Both the position numbers and the translations under genes were made by a program. From positions 1,862,001 through 1,925,538 of the forward strand of contig MU053504.1 in assembly GCA_013239625.1 (NCBI GenBank): a stretch of DNA of 63,538 nucleotides. The letters are read 5' to 3'. The notes under the pieces were generated by a model. The model was not told where the DNA came from, searched no databases, and worked only from the letters and a program-made list of their open reading frames with translations. Source of the DNA: Lama guanicoe. Its lineage: Eukaryota. Of the stretch, positions 38,631 through 50,702 are shown in pieces; within the stretch, counting starts at the first letter, position 1; each line of letters opens with the position of its first letter.

Positions 38631-40739
38631 TAAAGTAAGTTAACGGTTGTTGAAGCTGGGTGTTGAGTTCATTGTACTATTTCTATTTTGTGTGAATTTG
38701 ACATTTTCTATGATAAAAATTAAACATTGAATCCCTATATTGCATCATCAGATACTCTCCAAGTGTGTTAAAGGCTATCTGTCAAAAGCAAAAACGCCTG
38801 GTAAATTATCTTTGTTATCTCAAAGTAGGGAAGGATTTCTTAAACAAGGCTTGAAAAGCACAGACTATAAAGAAAAGATTGATGATAAATTAATCTACAC
38901 TAAAAATAAGAACTATTTATTGAGTGATACCATAAAGAGAGTGAAAAGCTGAACACGAATCTGGAAAATGATATTTATCACACATAAAATGAAGAAAAGA
39001 CTAGTAGCTAAATATATAAATCAATAATAAAATGATAAATGACCCAATTGAAAAATGGGCAAAGGATATAAACATAACAAATCACAAAAAGAGGAGACCT
39101 AAATGACCAATAAACAAATAAAAGATTGATCAACCAGTATCTGCATCTCTGTGTTGGTCACCAAAGTAATTAACACCCCTTCCCTTAGCAGCCCTCAATT
39201 ATGGCTGACTGGAGTTGGTGTATAATTACCCCCAAATATTCCAGCCCTCTTGCCTCCCTGGGGTTTGTGTCCTACACCATTTCCCAGAGTTTTCCTCTCA
39301 GAATTAAGCTCAACTGCTCACACTAGCAACTGGTTTGATACCCTGAGTTGACATCCCTTCCCTACCCAGTCTCACTTCCCCACTCCCCTACCTGCTTCCT
39401 AGGATTACATGCCACAATGACCTTGAATACTTGCCTCAGGGTTTTCTTCTGGGGGAATTTTAAACTACTATAAAATTGTTCAAGCTTCCTTGCCAGCATA
39501 GGACAAAGTCTGAACCCCGGCAGCTCTGTGGGGAGTTTTTCCTCACATGAAAAAAGCTATAGACTCCCTTGAAATGTATATGGGAGAAGGGTCCTGATGG
39601 CTTCAAGCCAGCCTTAAGGGTGGGAAGCCCAGACCGTGGCCTTAGGCACAGACTTCAAAGCTGCTCCAAATCTGGGACTCCGGTTCACAGACCTCTTGCA
39701 GGTTGGCTCTCTTTCTGTCCTCTTTGAACTTTGTCCATAATCAATGCCCTTGGTCCTGACTTGCTGGCGGTCATAGCTAAACTCTCCCTGTTCCTTGAGC
39801 CATTTTTGATATGATGATCTGGCTTCAGCCTGTTTAACTTGGTAAACACTGCAGTCTGGGCCACACCTCTAACCACAAGCCAGGCTTTTGGTCAGCTGGC
39901 TGTGCATACAGGGTTACCTGTCACCCTTCCCCCACCTTGGGGTTCCTGCCACAGTCACAGTACAAAGTGAATGCAAGAACTGCTTTGCTGTTAGAAAGTC
40001 TGCATTGCTGCTAGTGACAGATTATTCTCAGATGATGGGAGTTGGTGCCAATGACCCAGAAGCAACGAAGATGGGGACCTCTGTGTAGGTATCAGAAGCC
40101 TTGATCACATCCCTGGTGGCAGTCTGTATTAGGGCTTGAGCAAGCTCTAGAAATAGAGATGGTGTTTCTAGTGGCACTGGGACAGTGGGCTTTGATGGGA
40201 GTTAGCTTGGAGAGGAGATGGCTTCCCTATGAACAAAAGCAGGAAATGAGGAAATGGACATCTTCCATGGGTTTACCATATTGTCTTCTGTTATGGCATT
40301 GGTTGTATGGCCTACAATCTAAGGAGGAGAATTAAACTCCAACTTACAAAGATAAAGGGAGTATCAAAGAATTTGTGGACTTTTTCAAAAACATCACATT
40401 GCTTTCAGTTCAATAGCCAACTATAACTTGGATTGCAAGGGATTTTTTTCCAGCTTCTATTTCTAACTCACTCCATTTTTCTATTCTTTCCTTATGTAAT
40501 CAGTAAGGGACAAATCACCAGCTGGGGATATAGTATGGCCAACTGCTATTTCTTCAATTAATAATTAGAACACACATCTGCCCTTGTTAGGAAATCCACT
40601 AGGATCTTCCTCTAGGATCCCTCTCTCTTTTTCAGTGACTTACCCAAGAAACCTGGGGCTTATTCAGTCTAAAGTGGCCAGTCCAGCTTCTCTATAAGTC
40701 AGCCAAGCCAGGGTTATGCATCTAACTTGTGAAAAGTAA

Positions 40740-41140
40740 GTTGCCAGGTGTGAAGGTCATGAAAATGCATTGCTCAGATTTCCTGCTGTGGGAAGTGTAA
40801 TTGACTTGCAGACCAGCTGCCGCCCGTCTGGCTCCACCATCACCTTTGTGCTAATGCAGGCCCATTCGTGTGAGGTTCAGGGCTACTCCAACTGGCAACT
40901 TTGGCTCCAGCACTCCCCATTGGCCTGGACAAGCCTTTCTTGGAAGTGTGCTGCAGTCTCAGACTCTTCTTAACCTGTCCTTCCATCCCGCTTTCCTTCA
41001 CAGCTGACAGATTTTTATTCCAGTTTGAACCCTCACTGACTTTTCCTGATTCTTCTCTTTTTATTCTTCACAGACGGTTTCCCTAATAAGTCTCTTGCAT
41101 GTCTAATTCTGTGTTGGCATCTGTTTCTTGGTAGACCTCC
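40740..41140 (+). mobile_element. LTR33-like ERVL LTR
   Basis: tgctcagatttcctgctgtgggaagtgtaattgac...ccctaataagtctcttgcatgtctaattc. Confidence 0.55.
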
Positions 41141-41149
41141 CAGGCGTTC

Positions 41150-41352
41150 ACAGTGCTGGAGCTGATTCCCAAGGGGCTTGTGAGAGCAGATTCTGTGCAT
41201 CCCTTTTCGCTCTACATTCAGTGACATCATGTTGGTAGCTTGAAATAGGTCATGGTGAGAGTATTTACACTGTAGGAATCAATAAGGGCTACACATGAGG
41301 GCTTTTTTCCCCCTAGTGAGCTGGTTGCTAAACATTTATCAGTATATCTCTG
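41150..41352 (+). mobile_element. MER63-like hAT DNA transposon
   Basis: cagtgctggagc...ttcagtgacatcatgttggtagcttgaaat...ggttgctaaacatttatcag. Confidence 0.7.
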
Positions 41353-41354
41353 GT

Positions 41355-41850
41355 ATATACCCAACAGAAATGTGTACATACGTTCACCAAGAGACCTGTG
41401 CTAGATTCCTTGACTGTACATAGCATCATTATTCATAGTAGCTTGAAACTGCCCAAATGTCCATCAGCAGTAGGATAAATAAATGGTCATATTATGGTAT
41501 ATAAAAACACATACAATGGAATATAGAAATGAAAATAAATGACCTCCTAAATACAACAATGTGAATGAGCCTCACAAGCATAATTCTAAGTGAAAGAAGC
41601 CAGGCACGAGAGTCCATATTGTAGCATTCCATTCATAAAAAGTAAAAAACTGGCAAAACTAATTGATAGTATAAGAAGTCAGGGAGTGATTTCCTTTGGG
41701 AAGTAGTGACTGGGAGGGGCCGAGAGGGGTCCTCTAATGTTCTGTTTCTTGATTTGGGTCCTGGTTATATATGACTGTGTTTGCTTTGAACTGCATATAT
41801 ATGAGCTCTTCACTTTTCTGTACATATGTTACACTTCATTAAAGAGTTTA
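41355..41850 (+). mobile_element. Old L1 3' end
   Basis: cccaacagaaatgtgtacatacgttcaccaagagac...aagtgaaagaagccagg...cttcattaaagag. Confidence 0.75.
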
Positions 41851-41904
41851 AAAAAAGCATACCTAATTAGTTGTTCCATAAAGGCAGGGATTTTTAAAAA
41901 AAAC

Positions 41905-42810
41905 GTAATTTAAAAATTGTTTCACTGTGGTAAAAAAAAATCATAGAATTTACCATCTTAACCATTTTTAAACATACAGCTCAGTAGTGTTAAATATATT
42001 CACATTGGGGGTGGGGTGGGGTGGGGTGGGTTGGGTATAGTTCAGTGGTAGAGCACATGCTTAGCATGCTCAAGGTCCTGGGTTCAATCTCTAGTACCTC
42101 CATTAGAAAATAATACTTTTTCTTAATTAAAAGAAAACAACTATAAAAATTTAAAACTATATATATTCACATTGCTGTACAACAGATGGCCAGAACTTTT
42201 TCATCTTGCAAAACTCAAAATCTACATCCATTGCACAATCATGGCCCATTTTCCCCTCCCCCTCAGCCCCTGGCAACCACCATTCTACTTTCTATTTCTA
42301 TGAACTTAACTACTTTAGTTACTACATATGAGTGGAATCATACAGTATTCATCTTTTTGTGACTGACTTATTTCATTTAGCATAGTGTCTTCAAGATTCA
42401 TCCATGTTGTAGCATGTATCAGAATTAATTCCTTTTTAAGGCCAAATGCTATTCCATTGTATTTATTTACCACACTTTACTTATCCACTCATCCACTGAT
42501 GGATGTTTGGTCTGCTTCCACCTCCTGACTATTGTGAATAATGCTGCAGTGAACATGAATGTACAAATATCTCTTCAAGATCCTGCTTTCAATTATTTTG
42601 GATATAAATACCCATAAGCAGTATTGCTGGATCATATGGTAATTCTATTTATCATGTTTCTAGGAACTGCCAAACTATTTACCATAGAAGTTATACCATT
42701 TTATATTACCACTAACCGTGCACAGTGGTTCCAATTTCTTCATATTCTTACCATTTGTTACTTTCTGGATTTTGTTTGTTTTGATAGTAGCCGTCCCAAT
42801 GGGTGTGAGC
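41905..42810 (-). mobile_element. L1MB-like 3' end hosting a SINE
   Basis: aatttaccatcttaaccattttta...cagcccctggcaaccaccattctactttc...gctggatcatatggtaattc. Confidence 0.85.
42008..42160 (+). mobile_element. Vic-1-type SINE with (GGGGT)n head
   Basis: Perfect 14-bp TSD ATATATTCACATTG at 41994-42007 and 42161-42174; A and B boxes present. Confidence 0.92.
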
Positions 42811-42949
42811 AACAGCAGGGATTTTCTCTCATGTGCTTTTTCACTGCTGTCTCCCCAGAGCCTACATCAATCTCTGGTACATAATAGCTACTCAGTAAAT
42901 ATTAGTTGCATAAATGAATAAACTGAATGAGTTGACTTTATGATAGGTT

Positions 42950-43370
42950 TGTGTAGTGGGCTGAACAGTGGCTCCCCAAAAGATGTGTCCACATCCTTAT
43001 CCCCAGAATCTGTGAATGTTACCATATTTGCAAAAAGGTCTTTGTGGATATAATTAATTAAAGATCTTGAGATGAAGAGATCATCCTGGATTACCCAGGT
43101 GGGCCCTAAGTTCAATGACAACTGTCCTTATAAGAGATACACACAGGAGAAGACAATACAGAGGAGCAGGCAATGTGGCTACAAGCCAAGGAGGACAAGG
43201 AATGCCAACAGTCACCAGAAACTGGAACAGTCAAGGAAGGATTCTCCCCTGGAGTCTTGAGAGGGAAGCTACCCTGCTGAAACCCAGAACTGTGACAGAA
43301 TAAATTCCTGTTGTTTCATGCCACCTAGCTTTTAGTAATTTGTTACAGCAGTCACAGGAAACTAATATAG
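42950..43370 (+). mobile_element. MLT1 (C/D-like) LTR
   Basis: tgtagtgggctgaacagtggctccccaaaagat...aataaattcctgttg...cagcagtcacaggaaactaata. Confidence 0.85.
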
Positions 43371-43665
43371 TTTGTTACCTATAATTCTGAGAAACTTTTA
43401 TCAAAAAGGATGGTTTCAGGAGTGAAGTGATGGGATGAGAGAAATAGGTGAGGGAGATTAAGGACAAAATTCCAGTTACAAAATAAATGTCACAGGTATG
43501 AAATGTCCAACAGAAGTGCTTCCGGAGCTGCAGTGATCCTTTCATTAGAAGTGATTGAATATTATGATATCAGAAGCCACTTAGTGTTATATATAGACGA
43601 CTAGTTATGTATTATATATGTATGTATAATCATATATACAGTCATATAATTATACAGCCATTCTT

Positions 43666-43783
43666 TTGGTAATTAGCTTTATTTATTTTTATTTATTTAT
43701 TTTTCAATGGAGGTACCAGGGATTGAACCCAGGACCTTGTGTATGCTAGGCATGCACTTTACCCCTAAGCTATACCCTTCCCC
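43666..43783 (-). mobile_element. Vic-1-type SINE
   Basis: TSD TTATA(C/T)AGCCATTCTT at 43650-43665 and 43784-43799. Confidence 0.9.
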
Positions 43784-43874
43784 TTATATAGCCATTCTTG
43801 ATCATTCTTAATCTTTCTTAATCAAGTTTACCTCACAAGACTTACTCTTGTCCTTGGAGGAAGCAAGTTACAGA

Positions 43875-44395
43875 GTATTCTGGTAATCTATTGCTATGTA
43901 ACAAATTTAGTGACTTAAACAGGACTTAAATTTTTTTAATTTAAAATTAAAAAATTTAATTAAAAAATAAACAATTAAATTAAAAAAATTTAAAATTTAT
44001 TTTATATTTAAATTTTATGATGCTCATGTATCTGCAGTTTTGGGTGGGTTCATCAGAAATAATACCCCTCTGCTTTCACGAGTGTCTGTGGCCACAACTG
44101 GGAAGACTTGAATGGCTGGGGGTTGGCTTCCTCACAGCACAGCAGTTTCAGAGTGGCTAGACTTTTAAGGTAGCTGGATTTCCCCAGGGCAAGTGTTCCA
44201 AGATGCTCAAGAGGAAGCCGGAATACTTCCTATGACCTAGACTCAAAAGTCTCAGGACATCACTTCCACCATAGTTTGTTGGTTAAGCAAATTACTAAAG
44301 CCCCTCCTCCCAGATTCAAGGAGTCGGGGGATTAGTCCCCACCTCTCTATGGAAGAAGTATAAATGAATTTGTAGCCATTTTTAATACACCGTAC
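43875..44395 (-). mobile_element. MLT1-type LTR
   Basis: tctattgctatgtaacaaat...catcacttccaccatagtttgttggttaagc...gccatttttaat. Confidence 0.65.
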
Positions 44396-45999
44396 AGAAA
44401 TACAAAGTGTAGTGGATTCTGACAACAACAGTAAAGGAGGAAGAAGTTATCAACACTTCCCTTCACAGATCAAGATAAGATTTTCTTTGTTTTTAAAGAA
44501 CAAGATAATTTGAGCATGTTTGAAAGCTAGGAGAGAGAAGGGGGTAGACTAAGGAAGGAAGGTAAAGAATGTTTGCTGCAGCAAGGTTTTAGAGCTTCAG
44601 AGAGTAGCCATACTGCTGTTGTGTGAACAAGCCATTTCCTGTTATCCTTGAGTATTGGTAAAAATCATGTGAAACTTAACAGCCTGGGCTCACTTTTGCC
44701 GTGGGAGTGGAGGGAAAGGCTGGCTCCACTTCTGGCCTGGAGGAGCAGTGCCTCCTGAAGCCAGGGCAGGGTTCCATGTCAGCCTTCTCCATGGGAGGGC
44801 CACGGCTTCCGTTTTCCTATCTCATCCTACACAACCCCATGTAGGACACTGCAGCAAAAACAGAACCTGCAAACCAGAATACCAGTGCTAGGGCCCAGGC
44901 TGAAAGGCAGGTTTCACGTAGGATTAGGAGGGAAATATGGGTGGAGAGCTGGCTGTTACGCAGTTCAGTTTTACTAGGCTTGGAGGGGATGCTGAATGAG
45001 GAAGGTCAGGACCTAGATATGAGTGTGGGGGTACATCCTAGAATGTTAGAATTCTGTGCTCTGAGATAAAGCTGAGAGGCTCTACAGGTATTTGAGGGCC
45101 TTTCTTTGTTTCCCAGGGACTGCAAGGTGTCAAACTCTGAGATAGTTGAGAATATTCCTCACAGTGCAAGGCTTTTTGTCAGACAATGTCCTAGTTATCT
45201 ATTCGTGAGTAATAAACCTCTCTAAAACTTGGAGTTTTAAAACAGCAGCCAGTTTATCATTTCTCAGGATTTTAGATAAGGCATAGTAGGAAAGAGCTGT
45301 CTCTGTTCTAGGCAATGTGGAACAGCTCAGTTGGCTAGAACAATCTAGATAGCTTCTTTCCTCAATGACTGGTCCTTCAGCTGGGATGATGGGTCCACCA
45401 GCATCCTGTGTCTGGAGTCTCATTTCTTGGTGATAACTGAGTTCCTACATTTCCTCCATGTGGTCTCCCGACAGCAAGGTGGAAGAGCCGTTGCAGCTCA
45501 GGACTATCAAGAGCTCAAAATCAAGGTTGCCAGGTGTTCTTAAGGCTCAGATTTGGAACTGGCACATCATCACTTCCCCCATATTCTTTTACTTGTTAAA
45601 CTGAGTCACGGGTCCAATCCAGTTCCAGGATCGAGGATCACACAAGGTTATACTGCCAGGGGGCATGTTTCTTTGAGGGCCACCAAAGTAACCAGCTACC
45701 TAACAAGAAGGGCTCTAGGGGCAGACCTGTGTGTGGGGAGGGTGCTCCTGTTCCTAATTTCATTTTATGCTTCCCTCTCTTCCTAGATGACGGGAAGGCA
45801 AATAGTGGGTACCAAGGTAATCCCAAATTTCCTCTACAGAATTAAAGGTGGAGGGATCCAGTATGCTACTGGATCAGTCTGTATCTAGGAAGGCTGGGCT
45901 GTGTGTGTCTTCAGTCTATTAGGCATTTATTGAGAATAGCCTATGCGCTAGGTTCCTAATGCAAGTGTTACTTCGTTGACCCTATATCACAGAGGAAAA

Positions 46000-47000
46000 A
46001 GCAGAGGCTCGACGCAGTGCATCGCACCTAGCACCAGGCCACGACGCAGACTCCTAGGCCCTTTCTGCCCGGCAGCTAGAGTTGGGGCGGATGGACGCCG
46101 GGGTCTCCTGGAGGGCAGCACTCAACCCGGCCGTCTTGGCTAGCAGAGCGACGAGCTCCCAGGCAGCCAACAGGCAGAGGGCGCTTCGGGACTCCTACCC
46201 TGGCGCCGCCGTGCCGGGCGAGGGGATACAACTAGAGCGCTAGGGCGCCTCCTTAACCAAGTCGGGGTTAAACCCACGGTCGGGTCAGATATGCGCCGCC
46301 AGGGCCCCGTGTGTCTGTGCGCCGCGCCCCGCCCACGCACGCAGGCGCCGGCCCCGCCCCCCGCGCAGCTCTGGCTCCGCCCTCAGGATTGACCGCTCGA
46401 GCCACCGTCCGCACAGCCCCGCCCCGCACGGCCAGGAGAAGCAGAGCCGGCCGTGCGGTGAGTGTGTATGTGCTCGCGGGGCACGGTCTCAGCCCCGGGA
46501 AGATGGTGGCGGCGGCGGCGGAGACTGAGGCGAGGCTGAGGAGGAGGACGGCGGCGGCGACAGCGCCCGTGGGCAGGAACGGCGGGCCGCTCCGGGACTG
46601 GGACGCGACGGGGGCTGGAAGGCCGGGACTGGGGGCCGGGCTGCGCCTCTCGCGGCGGCTGCTGCTGCTGCTGCTCCCGCCGCTGCTGCTGCTTCCCTGG
46701 GCTGCTGAGGCCGCGGCGGTAGCGGCGGCGGTGTCGGGCTCAGCCGCAGCCGAGGCCAAGGAATGTGACCGCCCCTGTGTCAACGGCGGCCGCTGCAACC
46801 CTGGCACCGGCCAGTGCGTCTGCCCCGCCGGCTGGGTGGGCGAGCAATGCCAGCACTGCGGGGGCCGCTTCAGGTGAGTAGGGGGTGGTGGTGGAGGGTA
46901 GGGCCCAGCCAGAGGCTGAGGCTAAGGGACGCTCGAGAGGGCCCCAGGCCAGAGGCGGATGCCGGACAGAAAGTGGGGAGGGTAGAGCCGCCCCATGGTG
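46000..47000. promoter_or_regulatory. CpG island / ATRN promoter and first exon
   Basis: Dense CpG; GC boxes near 46351 and 46416; EGR-type CGCCCACGC at 46330-46338. Confidence 0.9.
46503..46873 (+). CDS. ATRN: Attractin coding exon 1 (long leader/signal region plus first EGF-like domain)
   Basis: AAGATGG start. MVAAAAETEARLRRRT...LLLLLLPPLLLLPW...AKECDRPCVNGGRCNPGTGQCVCPAGWVGEQCQHCGGRF, 371 nt, then donor AG|GTGAGT. The EGF segment matches recalled attractin, and the head-to-head order with C20orf194 matches the human locus. I found no exon 2 (CUB domain) in the remaining 16.6 kb. Confidence 0.97.
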
Positions 47001-47679
47001 TTTGAGGACCATTTGCTTCCGGGGAGATCATTATCTCTGGCCTGGGGTCTTTCTGGACTAGAAGATGAACAGGTTCGAGACAAGGGTGGAGGCACCCCAG
47101 AGGGGTTTGGGTGCGGCAGGCTACATGGGAAGAAAGCTTAGGGTCTCGAAGAAATTGGGCCTCTTTCGATAAGGGAGGTATAAAAGAAAAGGTGAGAGAA
47201 CCATTCTTCTGTAAACACTTCGTTTGAACATCCCCTCATTCTCTGGGGCCTGATGAGTTCCCTATTGCTTGGAGATGTGGGGGTATTCTGAAGAAACAGG
47301 GCCCTGGAAGAGATTTGTTGTCTGGAGATAGAAGGAATAAGGGTAGGACTGTGAGATATTAGAGATAGCAGAACCAGTGGTTGTTGGCTAAAGAAAAGTG
47401 AGGAAACTAGCCTTTGGAAGCTCACTGGAGGAGGCAGATTGGAGTAGGTCTGTGGTGGAGAGGGCATGGAAGGAGGTTCCTGTTTGCCTTGGTTTCTGGA
47501 GTTCTGAGTTGGCCTGGTTCAGGGCAGTACCTCTTGGAGAGATCATTCATTAATTACTTAGTAGTTAACTATTATTTGCTTTAGTTGTGCAAAGATTTCT
47601 GGATAATTCACACAAACAGATTAGCCAGACTTTGGCCTAGGCCACAAGGAGTTTGGAATATAGCTAGAGAAAGATATGT

Positions 47680-49300
47680 ACATAGATAACCCCAATCATA
47701 AGGGCTACAGAGTCATTCATGCCTTTGGCAGATATTTACAGAACATTTTTGTTGTCAAATGTGGAGGAGTGGGGAAATACAGAGAATAAGACAGACAGGG
47801 TCCCTGCCCTCAGTGAGCTTACATTCTAGTGGGGAGACAGGGAGTTAACAAGTACATAAATTAGTAAAAGAAAAGAATGAGATAATTTCAGATAATGGTC
47901 ATTGCTGTCAAGAAAGTAAGACAGGATGGCTTGATAGAGAATTAGAACCAGTGGGTGACTTTAGGAGAAGCCTCTCATTTGAAGTGGCAGTTGATCTGAG
48001 ACCTCAGTGAGGCAATGGAGAACCTGTGGGAATTCAGGGGAAGAGAGGTTGTGATTAGCTGGGACAGGCAAGGGATATTTTGAGGAGGAGGTGACATTGG
48101 ATTTGAGCATTTGAGGCTAAGTAGGATTTGGAAATGGGGAGCTGGGAAAAAAATTCCATATGAAACATAAGATGCAAACAAAATTGTGGAGACCAGAAAG
48201 TAAAGTATTGCTAGTGCCAGAGTATGTAGAAGAGAACTGTGAGAGAGGCGTTTGGAAGAGTAGAATTATAAACTCATGTAATGTCAAAACTTCAAGGGAA
48301 TTCAGGGAACATTGAGGAGATGAGCTCTTTGTTGTTATGGAGAAAGCAAATGATTTCGAGACTAATGTACAATAGGGCTGGCCTTGTAACTTAGGGTTTA
48401 TGAACTGCATTAATCTACATGTACCTGTTGAGGGCTACTCTGGTTTGGGCTGTGAGATTATAGTGGTTAACAAGACAGACAGTCTTGCTCTTGTGGAGCT
48501 TATGTTCTCACTTGGGAATAAGAAATCCAGTAATCAATTTCTTATGATTTTCTTAAAGCTGTGGAAGTGAAGAGCAGGGATAAACAGAGGACTTGATTTT
48601 TGTTTGGAAAAGTAAGGTTAGTAACTGAATAAGTGGCTTTTGAGTTGAGATCTGAGGGGTGAGATGGCACCCCCTACATGGGGGGTGGGATGCTGAGGGG
48701 CCAGCATGTACAGAGGCTTGGAAGTGAGAGGGATCATGGCAAGCCAGATGGCTGGATGAAGGCCAGGTGGCTGTAACAGAGAGAGCAAAGTGGAGTATGG
48801 CAGGACTGGAGAGAGAGGCTGGAGGGGAGGAATATGCATAGCAAGATTAGTCTGTCTGTAGTGTTCAGAGTAGGTGGATCACTTTAAGCATGAGAGATGG
48901 TGGGCAGCTAGGTTGAACTGTTGACATGGGTCAGGACAGCAGTAATGAGAACTTGAGATAAGCTGGGGATTGGAGGCAGAGATAGGTGCTAGGTGGTACT
49001 GTAGAGGTAAATGACAGATCTTTCTTTGAAACTTACTTGCTCTTGGAAAGAGAGGGGGGATGGTGAGGGAAAGAAAACTAGATGCTATCTTAGGCAATTG
49101 AGATGATGGTTATATCATTAACAGACACAGGGACTCAGGAGGAGTGTGTCTGAGATGTTTAAATTTGTACACACTGAGATTGAGGTGCTTTCAGGGTATC
49201 CACCTGGCAGGACAGCTGTAAGTGTTGGAGTCATCTACATACAGAGAGAGCAGGTCTGAGTGTCCACAGGGACAGTCCAGAGGGTTGGAGAAGAGCCACT
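47680..49300 (-). mobile_element. L2 fragments in ATRN intron 1
   Basis: cagggtccctgccctcagtgagcttacattctagtggggag, aacaagacagac and ttggagtcatctacata motifs. Confidence 0.7.
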
Positions 49301-50702
49301 TGTTATGGGGAACAGGCAGTCCTGACACTGGTTGTCTCAGATGGTGTCGTGTGAGTGAAGGGGCTCTCCTCTTTTTTGTGGACACTCCATTTGAGCCAGT
49401 TCCAGCTGGTGTCAGTGCTGTTTCCTGAGCAAACAGTTATGACCTTGATCCTAATACATTCACTATATTTTATGGGTTTCTGGAATTTGCATTTTAACAA
49501 ATGAAAGTAAGAGGAACTTGTGTCTCTAGCCTTCAGAAAAACTTTCATTAAATTTTTAGTTGTGGGATTTTTTTTTAGGGGAAGAGTGAAATGTGATATG
49601 TATCTTGATATAACTTACAAAACTTCTTCTAGGTTTTGTGAAAACTAAGAGCCATTAAAATGAATACCTTTCTGGTTTGGGTCAGCATCAAGTTAGTGTT
49701 ATTTTTAAGCTTTTTAGTTCCATAAATTCTGTGTTGTACTTGCTGTTATAAGGTCTTTTTCATTAATTGAAAGGAATGTAGAGTAATAAGAGGATTAGAT
49801 TTCACTGAAGTTATCACTGAGTGCGTACTACATGCCATGTATATTGTGCCGTTTAATCTTCAGGACAACTCTAAGGGTGTTTAAAATTTGGATTATTGTA
49901 TGATTGTAGTTAGAAAATCACTTAATTTTTTCCAACAGTAGTATACTATAGAAATGATTAATTACAGAGAATAAGATTAATGGTATCAGTTTAATAAAAA
50001 TAACTATGAGATCTTGGGGGATGATTTCTAAAGAAGTGCCACTTCCATTCATTTTTATGTGACTCTTCATGATTCAATAATCAGTTTTTTTCTATTTGTG
50101 ATATCACAATCAAAATTTTTCTTTGGAGGATAAATACATCCCGTCAAGTTAGAAAATAAAGAATATTAGGCTCATTTATGAAATTCACATGCATGTAATT
50201 CTTTTACGTTTCCTGCCATACAACTTTTGGGAGGATAAAATGCCATAACCTACTGAATTAGAACCTTATAGTTACCCATGATGTTAAGACCATCTGTATT
50301 AGAAAAAGAGAAGAAGATACAGTCCCAGCAGTAGCTGCTTCCATTTTTCTAGCATTTCCCCCTTTTTTCCCAGGTATTGTGTCAAGTGCCTTTTAGAAAT
50401 TATCCTTTTTAATCCCTAGAATGAAGTTATTCCCATTTCATAGATGGGTAAACTAAAGCTTGGAGATGTGGAGTAACTTGCCCAGGATTACACAACTTGT
50501 GGGTAATTGGAATTTGAAGTCAGGCCTTGTGTAACTCTGAAACTCATGATTTCCATTGTACCATTTGGCCTTCCGTTTTTTTCTGAGTCTAGTCATCCTT
50601 TATGAACATTATTTGGAAGGGCTGACCTAACTCCAACACTTTAAGAAACAAAAGAGGGAAAATAGATTTGTTACAAGAAAGCTAGCATAAAAAGAAAAAT
50701 TA

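Noticed and set aside
46268..46807. 179-aa antisense ORF, and the N-terminal extension of the 188-aa ATRN ORF from 46311
   Set aside because: The antisense ORF is a low-complexity mirror of the ATRN exon. The extension begins at GTG in promoter sequence, while the recognisable protein starts at ATG 46503.
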